Positions 1-10,955 of a DNA stretch of 64,000 nt are shown here, piece after piece (the stretch's first letter is position 1; each line of letters starts with the position of its first letter). Source of the DNA: Flavobacteriaceae bacterium (GTDB taxonomy: Bacteria > Bacteroidota > Bacteroidia > Flavobacteriales > Flavobacteriaceae); NCBI GenBank assembly GCA_017856235.1, contig JAFMFH010000001.1, positions 23,286 through 87,285 on the forward strand. Direction: 5' to 3'. Position numbers and translations under genes: made by a program. Below the pieces are notes generated by a model. It was given only the letters and a program-made list of their open reading frames with translations, did no database searches and was not told the origin of the DNA.

Positions 1-579
1 GTTAGCATCTCTCCAAATCTTATTCAAGGCAATATCTCTAGGTAGCAAATCATCAAAACTAATTACTAACATTTTTAGTAACTGATTCTCTTTAGGAGAT
101 AGTTTAAAAGTATTTCCTTCTTTATGAGTTAATATTCTAAGCTTAGAGTTGAAGGAAAATTCACCAAAATCAAACTCAAAAACATCTTTTTCCTCTATAT
201 TTACTGATGGTTTTCTATTAAGTATAGATTTTATTTTTGCAAGTAATATTTCAGAGTCAAAAGGTTTTGTCAAATAATCATCTGCGCCTATCTTATACCC
301 TTTTAAAACATCATCTTTTAGGTTTTTTGCGGTAAGAAAAATTACAGGAATAGTTTCATTAACTTCTCTAATTTCTTTTGCCAGTGTTAAACCATCTTTA
401 AATGGCATCATTATATCTAAAATACATAAATCAAATACTGATTTATTATACTTCTCAAATCCCTCGATTCCATTCACTGCAAGTGTAACATCATAATTAT
501 TGATAGTTAAATAATCTTTAAGTATCCTTCCAAAATTAGGATCATCTTCTACTAATAGGATTTTTTTATCTGATTTCAT
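1..579 (-). CDS. OmpR/PhoB-type response regulator (receiver plus winged-helix); C-terminal end runs off the window start
   Basis: Reverse-strand ATG at 577-579 reads MKSDKKILLVEDDPNFGRILKDYL... (receiver domain with DD and a conserved Asp in ILDIMMP). It continues to ...LSPKENQLLKMLV...IWRDAN (winged helix) at position 1. It overlaps the stop of the upstream kinase gene by 14 nt. It is absent from the ORF track because it has no stop codon in the window. Confidence 0.85.
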   Translation of the reverse strand, partial: MKSDKKILLVEDDPNFGRILKDYLTINNYDVTLAVNGIEGFEKYNKSVFDLCILDIMMPFKDGLTLAKEIREVNETIPVIFLTAKNLKDDVLKGYKIGADDYLTKPFDSEILLAKIKSILNRKPSVNIEEKDVFEFDFGEFSFNSKLRILTHKEGNTFKLSPKENQLLKMLVISFDDLLPRDIALNKIWRDAN

Positions 580-2158
580 CTTTAAGTGTTTTAAAATTTA
601 TATAGAACTTAGTTCCAGAATCTTTTTTGCTTTCAAGCATAATTTTACCCTTATGAAAATCAACAATCTTTTTTACATATGAAAGTCCTAATCCATGACC
701 TTTAATATCATGTATATCTCCATTTTGCTCTCTGTAAAACTTTTCAAATATCATCTTTTGAGTATTTTTGTCCATACCAATTCCATTGTCTTGCACACAT
801 AATTCTATACTATCGCCAATATTTTTTGTTGAGACTATAATTATTGGTTTGCTTCTTGAATATTTAACAGCATTATCTAAAATATTAATGATAATATTTT
901 CTAGATGATTACTATTTCCTAATATATATGAATTATTTGCATTTAAGTTAATATTAATAGAGCCTTTATTACTTTCAACTATAAGCCTTAAATGCTCTAT
1001 GGCATCCTCAATAACTTCATGGATATTTGTCTTTTCCATATCAAATGGATTAGAACTTCTCTCCAACTGAGATATTGTTAATATATTTTCAACTTGAGAT
1101 AGCATTCTTGAATTCTCTTCCCTAATCATACCAAGGTATGAAGTGATTTTGTCGTTAATAATATTTTTTGAGCTTAATATTGCATCTAGTGCTAAATTAA
1201 TAGTTGCAATAGGTGTTTTAAATTCATGAGAAATATTGTTTATGAAATCAGTCTTTATTTCTGATAGCTTTTTCTGTTTAATTATTTGATACAGAGCACT
1301 TGTTGAAATAACAATTATTATTAAGGTGAGCATAAAAGATAGAGTAGCTACACCTATTATACCTGATAAAACATATTCTTGTTTTTCAGGAAATGAAACA
1401 ATAAGATCATATTTTATAGGACTAGATCTATCATAAAAAAAAGGTATAGAATATTTAGGACCTGATTGTACCTCAATATAATTATTAGACTTAATTTTTG
1501 TAGAAAGATTATTGCTGTAGATTCCAAACTCATATGGGGTAGTGATATTTCTATCACTAAAACCTTGGTTTAAAAGAATCTGAATCTCTCTAGAAGTTGT
1601 TCTCTTATGAATTGGTAATGATGATGCATACTCTTGGAAAGCTGATTTATATTTTTCAAATTTAAATAAGTCAATATCTTCAACACTCTTTAATTTAGAA
1701 ATTGAAGAATTTAACCTATTCTCTCTTCTGTCAAATATGTTCTTATTAACAATAGTAGTTTTAACTGCTTTATAATCCTTTAACTTATCATCCCCATACC
1801 TGTTTGATAAATTATCAGGAAGGTTGATATTATAATCTTCTTCTAAAATGCCATAAGCAAAAAAAGTTGAAAGATTTGAAGATTGATCCTCATCTAAAAA
1901 TAGAAAAACATCAGTAAAATTTTGTTCATCTGGTGTTCCAATAGAATCAATTAAAATTTGATAAGTGTTTACATAATCATTTAATTCCCTATTTTGAATT
2001 TCATCAACAACTTCTCTTAATGTTCGAGTAACAGCTAAAGAAAATTCTTCTTCTTTATTTTTCCAAGAGGAATATATCCAATATCCTTGCATCAGAATTA
2101 TTCCTATTAAGGAAAATGACATTAAAAAAACAAGTGAAGTATATTTTTTTCTATTCAT
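566..2158 (-). CDS. Sensor histidine kinase (two TM segments flanking an extracytoplasmic domain of about 230 aa, then HisKA and HATPase_c)
   Basis: H-box SHEFKTPIATI. N-box NILDNAVKYS. G-boxes DNGIGM and GHGLGLS. N-terminal hydrophobic segment and a second TM around aa 265-290. Confidence 0.9.
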   Translation of the reverse strand: MNRKKYTSLVFLMSFSLIGIILMQGYWIYSSWKNKEEEFSLAVTRTLREVVDEIQNRELNDYVNTYQILIDSIGTPDEQNFTDVFLFLDEDQSSNLSTFFAYGILEEDYNINLPDNLSNRYGDDKLKDYKAVKTTIVNKNIFDRRENRLNSSISKLKSVEDIDLFKFEKYKSAFQEYASSLPIHKRTTSREIQILLNQGFSDRNITTPYEFGIYSNNLSTKIKSNNYIEVQSGPKYSIPFFYDRSSPIKYDLIVSFPEKQEYVLSGIIGVATLSFMLTLIIIVISTSALYQIIKQKKLSEIKTDFINNISHEFKTPIATINLALDAILSSKNIINDKITSYLGMIREENSRMLSQVENILTISQLERSSNPFDMEKTNIHEVIEDAIEHLRLIVESNKGSININLNANNSYILGNSNHLENIIINILDNAVKYSRSKPIIIVSTKNIGDSIELCVQDNGIGMDKNTQKMIFEKFYREQNGDIHDIKGHGLGLSYVKKIVDFHKGKIMLESKKDSGTKFYINFKTLKDEIR

Positions 2159-2214
2159 TGACTATAAAATTCTCAAAATTTAAAATTTTAATTTCTTAAT
2201 AAAATGTTAAGAAA

Positions 2215-2802
2215 CTAATTTAATTTTATTAATGTATTGTGAACTTCTAATACTTTTTCCTCCAATTCAGTGAAATTGATATTATCAATTATAAAATCAC
2301 ATTTATCAATAATTTTAGTTTCACTTATCTGATTTTGCATTCGAATTAATATATCATCTCTAGATAGTTTATCTCTTTGTATAACCCTATCAATTCTAAT
2401 TTCTCTAGGAGCTCTAACGTAAATAATCTTATCAAAAAGATTCTCAGTTTTAGTCTCAAAAATAATTGCTGCTTCTTTTACAATATACCTCTCATGCTTA
2501 TGTTTAAAACAAAAATTATCAAATTCTTTAGCTACAGCAGGATGAATAATTGAATTAAGAGAGTTAAGTTTTTTATTATCGTTAAAGACTATTTTAGAAA
2601 CTAATTTTGAGTTTAATTTATTTTCATTATAAATATCTTCTCCAAATATTTGTTTTATTGAGTGAATAATTTTTTTATCTGAATTAATTAACTTTTTTGC
2701 AGATTTATCAGCATTGTAAGTACTTATTCCAATTTTTTTAAAGATTTTTAAAACACTAGATTTACCAGATCCAATTCCTCCGGTTAATCCTATAACTTTC
2801 AT
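2215..2802 (-). CDS. coaE: Dephospho-CoA kinase
   Basis: N-terminal P-loop MKVIGLTGGIGSGKS. Length of about 195 aa is typical of CoaE. Confidence 0.88.
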   Translation of the reverse strand: MKVIGLTGGIGSGKSSVLKIFKKIGISTYNADKSAKKLINSDKKIIHSIKQIFGEDIYNENKLNSKLVSKIVFNDNKKLNSLNSIIHPAVAKEFDNFCFKHKHERYIVKEAAIIFETKTENLFDKIIYVRAPREIRIDRVIQRDKLSRDDILIRMQNQISETKIIDKCDFIIDNINFTELEEKVLEVHNTLIKLN

Positions 2803-3614
2803 TATGAATTTAATTTATCTATAATTTCTTGACTTACACCAACACTTGAAAAACCACCATCATTATAAATATTTTGAAGAGTAACTCTTTTTGTATAATC
2901 AGAGAAAAGTGACACAGTTAAATTAGCACAATCTTCAGCAGTAGCATTACCAAGGGGTGAAGTTAAATCAGCGTATTTAAGAAAATCATCTAATCCTTTT
3001 ACTCCCTTTCCAGCAGTTGTCAAAGTTGGTGATTGAGATATTGTGTTTACTCTAACATTTTTTTCTTTGCCAAAGAAATAGCCAAAACTCCTTGCAATGG
3101 ATTCTAAATATGCCTTATTATCAGCCATATCGTTATAATTTGGGAAAGTCCTTTGTGCAGCTATATAAGTTAAAGCAACAATACTACCCCACTCATTCAT
3201 TGCATCTAATTTAAATAGAGATTGCATGAGCTTGTGAAAAGATACTGCAGAAACATCCCAGCCTTTAGCTAGCCAATCATAATTTAAATCGGTGTAGTGT
3301 TTACCCTTTCTAACATTAACAGACATTCCAATCGAATGAAGGACAAAATCTAATTTTCCGTTAAACTTTTCAGTTGCATGAGAGATTAACTTTTCTAAAT
3401 CTTCTAAATTAGTTGCATCAGCAGGAATTGTATCAGAATTCGTTTTTTTTGCTAATTCATTTATTGTGCCCATCCTTATTGAGACAGGGGCATTAGTAAG
3501 GATAAACTCCCCTCCCTCTTCATATACCTTTTCAGCTGTCTTCCATGCAATAGAACTGTCATCTAGTGCACCGAAAATTATACCTTTTTTACCTTTTAAA
3601 ATATTATTTGCCAT
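2802..3614 (-). CDS. fabI: Enoyl-[acyl-carrier-protein] reductase, FabI-like SDR
   Basis: LKGKKGIIFG...SIAW N-terminus, HSIGMS, and a Y...K pair (NKAYLES) typical of FabI-type enoyl reductases. 270 aa. Confidence 0.72.
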   Translation of the reverse strand: MANNILKGKKGIIFGALDDSSIAWKTAEKVYEEGGEFILTNAPVSIRMGTINELAKKTNSDTIPADATNLEDLEKLISHATEKFNGKLDFVLHSIGMSVNVRKGKHYTDLNYDWLAKGWDVSAVSFHKLMQSLFKLDAMNEWGSIVALTYIAAQRTFPNYNDMADNKAYLESIARSFGYFFGKEKNVRVNTISQSPTLTTAGKGVKGLDDFLKYADLTSPLGNATAEDCANLTVSLFSDYTKRVTLQNIYNDGGFSSVGVSQEIIDKLNS

Positions 3615-3628
3615 ATTGTAAATATAGT

Positions 3629-5281
3629 TTAATTCAATAACTCATTAGCAAGTTCATTTGCTGATTTGTTTGATTTATCTCCTGATAACATTTCAGCAAT
3701 TTCTTTCACTCTTTCTTTATCTTCAAGTAATTTGATATCAGTTATAATCTTATTTTCAACTTCCTTTTTAAAAACCTTATAGTGATAGTCACCTTTTGAT
3801 GCAACTTGAGGTGTATGTGTTATTACAATAACTTGCATATTTTTTGACATTTTATCCATTAAATCTGCAACTTTAGAGGATACAGATCCTGATATACCAG
3901 TGTCAATTTCATCAAAAATTATGGTTGATAACTTAATATAGCTTGATAAAATAGATTTAATTGAAAGCATTATTCTTGATACTTCTCCACCAGAAGCTAT
4001 ATTTCTTAGATCACTATATTTGTCTCCTTTATTTGACTTCAGTAAAAATTTACCTTCACTAAATCCATTTTTTTGTATTGATTCTGTTTTTGATAAATCA
4101 ATTTTTATCTCTGAATTATTCATACCCAACTCAGAAAGATTTTGATTCAATAATTTTTCAAAATCATTCTTAACAGAATATCTTTTTTCATGAATAGAAT
4201 TTGCTCTAGAGGTGAGATCCTTTATTAAATCATCCTTTAAAGATTTTAAATCTTTAATTTCTTGATCAATATTTTGATGTCCATCAATAACTAATAATAG
4301 GTTTTCTTTTATATTAATTAATTCATCTATTGATGACACTCTATGTTTATTTTGTAATGTATAAATTTTATTTAGATTTTCTCTTAATTTATTTATATCT
4401 TCTTCTGAGCTAGAAAGATCATTAAGTATTAATTGCGAATCATCAATAATATCATTTAATCTTTGGATTATTGAGCTAAGGTTATCAGCTAAAGATTTAA
4501 CTCGATTAGAGGATCCTGTGACTTTATTTAACTTTCTAACAATGTTTAAGAGCCTTTCTGATATTCCTATATGCTCCGAATTAAACTCTTCATTAATTAG
4601 AGATAATGCCTCTTTGATATCATCAACACTATCTGCCTCTTTAACTTTATTCTCTATATAATCTAGATCAATAGAATCCAGATCAGTACTATTAAATTCA
4701 TTTAATAAATAATTATTATAATCAAGATCTGATTCAAGAGTATTTCTCTGTATTTCTTTTTCTTGGATTTTTTTTTCTAATTCAACTAAAGACTTAAAAT
4801 CTTTTTTATATGTATTTGCATTAACAGTGTTACTTGACAAAGAATCAAGAATTAAAAAAATAAAGTTTGTATCTAGTATTTTAAGGTTATTAAACTGAGA
4901 ATGAATATCGAGTAAAGAGTTTGTTAAACTTGTTAATTGATCTAACCTTACAGGTGTATCATTAATAAATGCTCTTGATTTTCCATTTTGATTAACCTCT
5001 CTTCTAATTATTGTCTGATTATCATAATCTAAATCACTATCCAAAAAAAATATTTCAAGGTCTTTACCTTCGAGGTCAAAAGTTGCTTCAACAAAGCACT
5101 TTTTGTCTTTGTTGATAATTTTTGTATTATCAACTCTGGAACCAAGAACAAGTGACAACCCTCCAAGTAAAATTGACTTTCCAGCTCCTGTCTCTCCTGT
5201 AATCGAAGTCATACCATTTTCAAATGATATTTCAATATTATCAATTAGAGCGTAATTACTTATTTTTAATTTTTTTAACAT
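3629..5281 (-). CDS. recN: DNA repair protein RecN
   Basis: MLKKLKISNYALIDN...ITGETGAGKSILLGGLSLVLG Walker A, a long coiled-coil middle, and a C-terminal SGGE signature (ASGGEVSRIMLS) with Walker B IFDEIDTG. Confidence 0.92.
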   Translation of the reverse strand: MLKKLKISNYALIDNIEISFENGMTSITGETGAGKSILLGGLSLVLGSRVDNTKIINKDKKCFVEATFDLEGKDLEIFFLDSDLDYDNQTIIRREVNQNGKSRAFINDTPVRLDQLTSLTNSLLDIHSQFNNLKILDTNFIFLILDSLSSNTVNANTYKKDFKSLVELEKKIQEKEIQRNTLESDLDYNNYLLNEFNSTDLDSIDLDYIENKVKEADSVDDIKEALSLINEEFNSEHIGISERLLNIVRKLNKVTGSSNRVKSLADNLSSIIQRLNDIIDDSQLILNDLSSSEEDINKLRENLNKIYTLQNKHRVSSIDELINIKENLLLVIDGHQNIDQEIKDLKSLKDDLIKDLTSRANSIHEKRYSVKNDFEKLLNQNLSELGMNNSEIKIDLSKTESIQKNGFSEGKFLLKSNKGDKYSDLRNIASGGEVSRIMLSIKSILSSYIKLSTIIFDEIDTGISGSVSSKVADLMDKMSKNMQVIVITHTPQVASKGDYHYKVFKKEVENKIITDIKLLEDKERVKEIAEMLSGDKSNKSANELANELLN

Positions 5282-6476
5282 TCTTATAAATAATTTCCAT
5301 TATGTCAATTGAAACATCTTTTTTATGTTTTTTTTCAAATGGAGTAATTTCTAGATTTGAATTTATAAAATCAATTTGATTAAAGTCATTTGAAATTGGA
5401 TTAAAATCCCCAATTTTATTAACTATAATTGCATCAAGGTTTTTTGATTTTAATTTCAAAATTGCATTATCAATGTGATTTTCAGTCTCTAAGGCAAATC
5501 CAATTAAATATTGGTTCATTTTAATTTTACCTAATTCTTTAATTATATCCTTGGTATGTTTAAGTTTAATTGAATCTAAACCTTCATCTTTTTTGATTTT
5601 AGAGTTTTTAAATTCAACTGGTTTAAAATCAGAAACAGCTGCAGAGCAAATTACAACGTCAGATGATTTAAAATGTATCATGATTTCTTCAAACATTTGA
5701 TCAGAATCAAAAACTCTATATGTATCTATGTTAAATAAGTCCATTGATAAATTTGTTGGACCTAAGATAAGTTTCACATTTGCACCAAGAGAGATAGCAG
5801 CTTTAGCTAAGTAGTATCCCATTTTTCCAGATGAACTATTTCCAATAAATCTAACTGGATCAATTTTTTCATGAGTAGGACCAGCAGTTATTAAAAAATT
5901 AAGATTATTAAGCGGAAGTAATTCTTTAAGTTTAATTTCAATATGTTCAATTATCTCCTCTGGTTCTAACATTCTTCCTTCACCTTCTAATCCACTTGCA
6001 AGTAAACCTTTACCTACAGGAAGTACATTAGTCCTATTTTTTACTAGTTTCTTAATATTTTCTTGATTAAGAGAATTTCTATACATTTCAAGATCCATAG
6101 CTGGAGCAATAAAAACAGGACAACTACTTGACAAATAACATGCTAAAAGAATATTATCACATTTAGCATTTGCCATTGAAGATATAGTATTTGATGTAGC
6201 AGGAGCAATTATAAAAATATCAGCCCACTCTGAAAGTTCAACATGATTGTTCCATTTAGGATTTCCATTTTTTTTACTAGAAAATTCAGAATAAACATCA
6301 TTTTTTGAAAGAGTAGAAAGAGTTAAAGGAGTTACAAACTCTTTTGAAGAAGGAGTCATAACCACTTTCACATTACAGTCTAATTTAACAAGCAACCTTA
6401 TAAGTAAAGGTATTTTATAAGCAGCTATTCCACCTGAAACTCCTACTAGTATATTTTTTTGAGCTAAAACACTCAT
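5256..6476 (-). CDS. coaBC: Bifunctional phosphopantothenoylcysteine decarboxylase / phosphopantothenate-cysteine ligase
   Basis: N-terminal flavoprotein domain (ILVGVSGGIAAYK) and C-terminal DFP ligase domain (ITAGPTHEKIDPVRFIGNSSSGKMG). 406 aa. Confidence 0.92.
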   Translation of the reverse strand: MSVLAQKNILVGVSGGIAAYKIPLLIRLLVKLDCNVKVVMTPSSKEFVTPLTLSTLSKNDVYSEFSSKKNGNPKWNNHVELSEWADIFIIAPATSNTISSMANAKCDNILLACYLSSSCPVFIAPAMDLEMYRNSLNQENIKKLVKNRTNVLPVGKGLLASGLEGEGRMLEPEEIIEHIEIKLKELLPLNNLNFLITAGPTHEKIDPVRFIGNSSSGKMGYYLAKAAISLGANVKLILGPTNLSMDLFNIDTYRVFDSDQMFEEIMIHFKSSDVVICSAAVSDFKPVEFKNSKIKKDEGLDSIKLKHTKDIIKELGKIKMNQYLIGFALETENHIDNAILKLKSKNLDAIIVNKIGDFNPISNDFNQIDFINSNLEITPFEKKHKKDVSIDIMEIIYKNVKKIKNK

Positions 6477-6490
6477 TATATTGAAGTTTA

Positions 6491-6820
6491 TTACTCAGTT
6501 TCAGCTTCAGTATCCCTATAATAGATTTTATTTTCAAGCCATTCATCTATAGCAATTGCATATGGCTTAGGAAGTTTTTCATAAAATTTGGAAACTTCAA
6601 TTTGCTCTTTATTCTCAAAGACTTCTTCTAGACTATCATTGTGAGTAGCAAACTCATCAAGTTTGTCATGTAATTCTTTTTTAATTTCAGAGTTAATCTG
6701 AGCCGATCGTTTAGCAATTATTGAAATAGCCTCATAAATATTATCGGTTGGATTTTCAATCTCAAGTTTATTATATGTTTTTGTGCTGTTAGCTGCGTTA
6801 GAATTTCTGTATTTATTCAT
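6491..6820 (-). CDS. rpoZ: RNA polymerase omega-subunit-like protein
   Basis: Small acidic protein with NIYEAISIIAKRSAQIN (omega N-x-Y...RA-x-Q motif). It sits between bamD and coaBC, as is usual in Bacteroidota. Confidence 0.6.
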   Translation of the reverse strand: MNKYRNSNAANSTKTYNKLEIENPTDNIYEAISIIAKRSAQINSEIKKELHDKLDEFATHNDSLEEVFENKEQIEVSKFYEKLPKPYAIAIDEWLENKIYYRDTEAETE

Positions 6821-6828
6821 TAGTTTAT

Positions 6829-7611
6829 TTATAAAAGTTGTTTTGCAATATTAATCTTTTCAGATAAGTCTTCAATGAAAATTGTATCTGGATAATACCT
6901 TAAAAAATTATCAAGTGATCTTTCTAATTCTGTTACCCTTTCAACAATTCTTGACTCAATACTATTAATAGCTATTTCATATTGAGATAACCACTTATAA
7001 TAGAGAGCCTCCTCTCTAAAAATAGTACCAGGATTGTCAGCTATAAAATTATCAATTGATTTAATTGCTGAGTTATAATCTCTAATAGTATAGTATTGCT
7101 TTGAAATTTCAAAGTCTTTTTTTTCTAGCTTATTCTGAAGCTCATCCATTAATTCAAGTGCTTCTGAAACATATTCACTATTTGGGAATCTATTTATAAA
7201 AACCTGGAATTTATCAACAGCAATGAATGTATCATCTTGATCAAGAGAATATAGGGGAGATAACATAAAATATGATTTAGCCTCCATGAAATATGCTTCT
7301 TGAATCCTTTGGCTATTTGGATAAGATTTTATAAAATTTTCAAATTGAATTGCAGCAGAGTAATAAAGCTTAGTCTCGAAATATGAATTAGCAAAAAAGT
7401 AGACTAGTCTTTCACCTTGGGGCTTTCCTCTATAACTTGGTATAATTTGCTCTATTAATGCATTTGCTCTTCTATACTCACCATTATTATAGTAATTTTC
7501 AGCTGCAGTATATTTTTCAACCTCATTTTCAGTACTATTAAGTAGCTTTTGATAATCATTACATGATAGCAATAAGAATGTGATAGACACTAAAAAGAAA
7601 ACTCTATACAT
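6829..7611 (-). CDS. bamD: Outer membrane protein assembly factor BamD (TPR lipoprotein)
   Basis: Lipoprotein signal with lipobox LLSC. TPR-like repeats throughout. 260 aa. Conserved neighbourhood. Confidence 0.8.
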   Translation of the reverse strand: MYRVFFLVSITFLLLSCNDYQKLLNSTENEVEKYTAAENYYNNGEYRRANALIEQIIPSYRGKPQGERLVYFFANSYFETKLYYSAAIQFENFIKSYPNSQRIQEAYFMEAKSYFMLSPLYSLDQDDTFIAVDKFQVFINRFPNSEYVSEALELMDELQNKLEKKDFEISKQYYTIRDYNSAIKSIDNFIADNPGTIFREEALYYKWLSQYEIAINSIESRIVERVTELERSLDNFLRYYPDTIFIEDLSEKINIAKQLL

Positions 7612-7628
7612 ATAGATTTATTGTTTGG

Positions 7629-7636
7629 CAAATTTA
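7629..7636 (-). promoter_or_regulatory. Candidate Bacteroidota -7 promoter box (TAAATTTG on the minus strand) upstream of bamD
   Basis: Exact match to TAnnTTTG, 17 nt upstream of the bamD ATG (7611), in the 33-nt gap after ligA. Confidence 0.3.
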
Positions 7637-7644
7637 ATATAAGT

Positions 7645-9642
7645 TTATGAAATAAGGTCTATTAAATTAACTTCATTAATTATAGATACCCCAAGTTCAT
7701 TAGCAGTATTCAATTTTGATGGTCCAGTATTGTTACCTGCAATTAGATAATTAGTTTTCTTGCTAACTGATGAACTAACTTTACCGCCATTTAATTCTAT
7801 TATATTCTTTATCTCATCTCTACTATGAGATTCAAATACACCTGAGATAACAAATATTTTACCACTCAATTTTGTAGAATGAGTATCATTATCTTTTTGA
7901 TAGAAATTTAAACCAAAAGATTTAAGCTTATTTATTAATTGGATATTATTGATATCACTAAAAAAATCAACTATGCTCTTTGCAGTTTTATCTCCAATTT
8001 CATCAATAGATGATAAAGATTCAATATCCATTAAAGCTAATTTATCTATTGAATCAACATGTTTAATTATTTTTTTTGATGCAGACTCACCCACATATCT
8101 AATACCTATACCAAATAAAACTTTTTGAAATGAATTTAATTTTGATTCTTCAATCCCTTTCCTAAGATTTTCTGCTGATTTTTCACCATAACCCTCAATT
8201 TTAGAAATTTCATCATAATTAAGATTATATATATCAGCTATATCTCTTAAAAAACCTAAATCATAGAAAAGTCTAATTGTTTCATCTCCCAGTCCATCAA
8301 TATTCATTGCTTTTCTTGATACAAAATGTTGAATTCTTCCAATAGCTTGAGTTCTACAACCTGTGTAATTTAAACAAAAATAGTTCGCTTCAGATTCCAG
8401 TTTTTGAAGCCTGCTATTGCACTCAGGGCAAATTTCCGGAAAGATAATTTCATCTTCTAAAGCACCTCTTCTTTTTTCATCGATACCAGTAATTTTAGGA
8501 ATTATCTCTCCACCTTTTTCAACAAAAACAAAATCGTTATACCTTAATTTTAACTTGAGCATTTGATCATAACTATGAAGAGAGGCTCTTTTGACAGTTG
8601 AACCGGAAATTAAAACGGGCTCAAGATTTGCAACTGGAGTTATAGCGCCAGTTCTTCCAACATTAAATGAAATAGATTTTAATCTAGTAGAAAGATTTTC
8701 TGCCTTATACTTATATGATATTGCCCATCTTGGAAATTTTGATGTGAACCCAAGTTCCCTCTGAAAATCTATCTTATTTATTTTAATAACTACTCCGTCA
8801 ATCTCAAATGGTAAAGTTTTTCTATTTATTTCCCAATATTTAATATACTCTTTTACTCCTTTAATACTATTGACTACTTTTTCATAATTAGGTACATTAA
8901 ATCCCATTTCTCTTGCAAGATTTAATAATTCAGAATGATCCTCCATAGTTATATCATCAGAAACAATAGAGTATAAAAAACATTCTAAAGGTCTTCTTGC
9001 AACTTCATTGGAATCTAACATTTTAATACTTCCAGAGGCAGTATTTCGAGGATTCATAAATGGCTGTTCACCATAATCCTTTCTTTTTTTATTAAGCTTA
9101 TTAAAAGAGTCTAATGGAATAATTATTTCGCCTCTAATCTCAAATTTATTTTTTTTGAAACTATCTGGTAATTTAATAGGTATTGATGATATTGTCTTTA
9201 AATTTTTTGTAATGTTATCTCCATTTAGTCCATCACCCCTTGTTAATCCCCTTACAAGTTTACCTTTATCATAAAATAAATTAACAGATGCACCATCATA
9301 TTTAAGTTCACAACAAAAATCAAAATCTGTTGTACCAATTTTTTTTACTACCCTATTATACCAAGCTTCAAGTTCTTCAGAAGAATAAGTATTATCTAGT
9401 GAATACATAGGAAAAATATGAGATTCTGAATCGAATTTTTTAGATAAACCACCACCAACTCTATTTGTAGGAGAATTTTCATCCTTAAATTGTGGATAAT
9501 CATTTTCAAGTCGTACTAGATCTTTAAGAAGCTCATCATACTCAATATCAGATATGATATTTTTATGAAGATCATAATAATAATGATTATGCTGGTTAAT
9601 TAGATCTCTTAATTCCTGTATTTTTTGTTTAATCTTATTCAT
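7645..9642 (-). CDS. ligA: NAD-dependent DNA ligase
   Basis: Adenylation motif CELKYDG. Zn-finger cysteines (CPECNSRL...C...C). HhH and C-terminal BRCT regions. 665 aa. Confidence 0.95.
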   Translation of the reverse strand: MNKIKQKIQELRDLINQHNHYYYDLHKNIISDIEYDELLKDLVRLENDYPQFKDENSPTNRVGGGLSKKFDSESHIFPMYSLDNTYSSEELEAWYNRVVKKIGTTDFDFCCELKYDGASVNLFYDKGKLVRGLTRGDGLNGDNITKNLKTISSIPIKLPDSFKKNKFEIRGEIIIPLDSFNKLNKKRKDYGEQPFMNPRNTASGSIKMLDSNEVARRPLECFLYSIVSDDITMEDHSELLNLAREMGFNVPNYEKVVNSIKGVKEYIKYWEINRKTLPFEIDGVVIKINKIDFQRELGFTSKFPRWAISYKYKAENLSTRLKSISFNVGRTGAITPVANLEPVLISGSTVKRASLHSYDQMLKLKLRYNDFVFVEKGGEIIPKITGIDEKRRGALEDEIIFPEICPECNSRLQKLESEANYFCLNYTGCRTQAIGRIQHFVSRKAMNIDGLGDETIRLFYDLGFLRDIADIYNLNYDEISKIEGYGEKSAENLRKGIEESKLNSFQKVLFGIGIRYVGESASKKIIKHVDSIDKLALMDIESLSSIDEIGDKTAKSIVDFFSDINNIQLINKLKSFGLNFYQKDNDTHSTKLSGKIFVISGVFESHSRDEIKNIIELNGGKVSSSVSKKTNYLIAGNNTGPSKLNTANELGVSIINEVNLIDLIS

Positions 9643-10479
9643 TTAAAATGATAGCTTGACAAGTCTTTTTTTTCCTCTAAAATCCTCTCTAAAGTTAACA
9701 TCATTTGGCTTAAATTTGATTAATAAATCCTTAAATTCTTTAATAAAAACTGGATTTATTTCAAGATATATTTGACCATCCCTATTTAAATTTTTATTAG
9801 CAAAATCAAGTATCTGTTTATAAAAATGAAGTGGATTGTCTATTGGAGCAAATAATGCAATGTAAGGTTCAAAATTTACATTATTATCTATTTCATCTTT
9901 TTTAGAATAATCAAGATAAGGAGGGTTTGAGATAATAATATCAAAGAGTTGATTTTTAGTAAATTCTGTGTTTAAATCATACTCTATTATTTTTACATTT
10001 GAGTCAAGGTTATCTTTATTAATATTACATACTTGGAGAGCTTCTTTTGATATATCTGCTAATGTTACATCAAAATTTATCAATGTTTTAGATATTGATA
10101 TTCCTATACATCCTGATCCAGCACCCAAATCAATTAATTTTTTTTTATCATTTGTATTATTATCATCAATAACCCATTGAACTAATTCCTCTGTTTCTGG
10201 TCTCGGTATTAAAACACTCTCATTTACATAAAAATCGTTACCAAAAAAACTTTTCTTATTTATAATATAATCTAAAGGATAATTTCTAATCATTTTATTC
10301 AGACTTGATATTAAAATCTTATCATTCTCTGGTTTTATAAGAAAATTTGGTTCTAGTGCTATTTTTAAAGGGTCAATATTACATAGCTCTTTAAGTAATA
10401 TTTTAAAAATATAATCAGATTCCTTGTTTGAAACATTTAATTGAGATCTAAAAAAATCCCTAAATTCAATAATATTCAT
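9643..10479 (-). CDS. prmC: Release-factor glutamine N5-methyltransferase (PrmC/HemK)
   Basis: SAM-binding DLGAGSGCIG and catalytic NPPY (IISNPPYL). Confidence 0.85.
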   Translation of the reverse strand: MNIIEFRDFFRSQLNVSNKESDYIFKILLKELCNIDPLKIALEPNFLIKPENDKILISSLNKMIRNYPLDYIINKKSFFGNDFYVNESVLIPRPETEELVQWVIDDNNTNDKKKLIDLGAGSGCIGISISKTLINFDVTLADISKEALQVCNINKDNLDSNVKIIEYDLNTEFTKNQLFDIIISNPPYLDYSKKDEIDNNVNFEPYIALFAPIDNPLHFYKQILDFANKNLNRDGQIYLEINPVFIKEFKDLLIKFKPNDVNFREDFRGKKRLVKLSF

Positions 10480-10955
10480 TTTAAATATTTAAGCATCCAA
10501 ACAGGACAGGCAGTATGACCAGTATTACCCATTGGTTTATCAATATATTCAAATCCTTTATTTAAATATAATTTTTGAGCTTTGATCATATTAGGCATTG
10601 TTTCAATATAACATTTACTGTAATTTGATTTTATTGCAAATGTCAAACACTTATTTATCATTTTATTTCCAAAACCTTTTCCACGAATAGACTTATGAAA
10701 ATACATTTTTTGAAGTTCACATATATCACTAGTGCTTTCTCTTAATTCACTTATTCCAGCTCCACCTAGTATTTGATTTTTATACTCAATTACGTAATAT
10801 ATAGATCTTGGATTTTGATAAGCTTCAAACATTTTGTCAAGCTCTGGATCTTCATATGCGGAGCCTTTTTTTGGTATTTCCATTTCAACAAGAACTTCCC
10901 TAAGAATTATTGAAAGACTTTTGTTATCACTCTTATTAATAGATCTTATTATCAT
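10476..10955 (-). CDS. GNAT family N-acetyltransferase
   Basis: Acetyl-CoA binding motif IRGKGFGNKMI. Size of about 160 aa. Substrate not inferable. Confidence 0.75.
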   Translation of the reverse strand: MIIRSINKSDNKSLSIILREVLVEMEIPKKGSAYEDPELDKMFEAYQNPRSIYYVIEYKNQILGGAGISELRESTSDICELQKMYFHKSIRGKGFGNKMINKCLTFAIKSNYSKCYIETMPNMIKAQKLYLNKGFEYIDKPMGNTGHTACPVWMLKYLK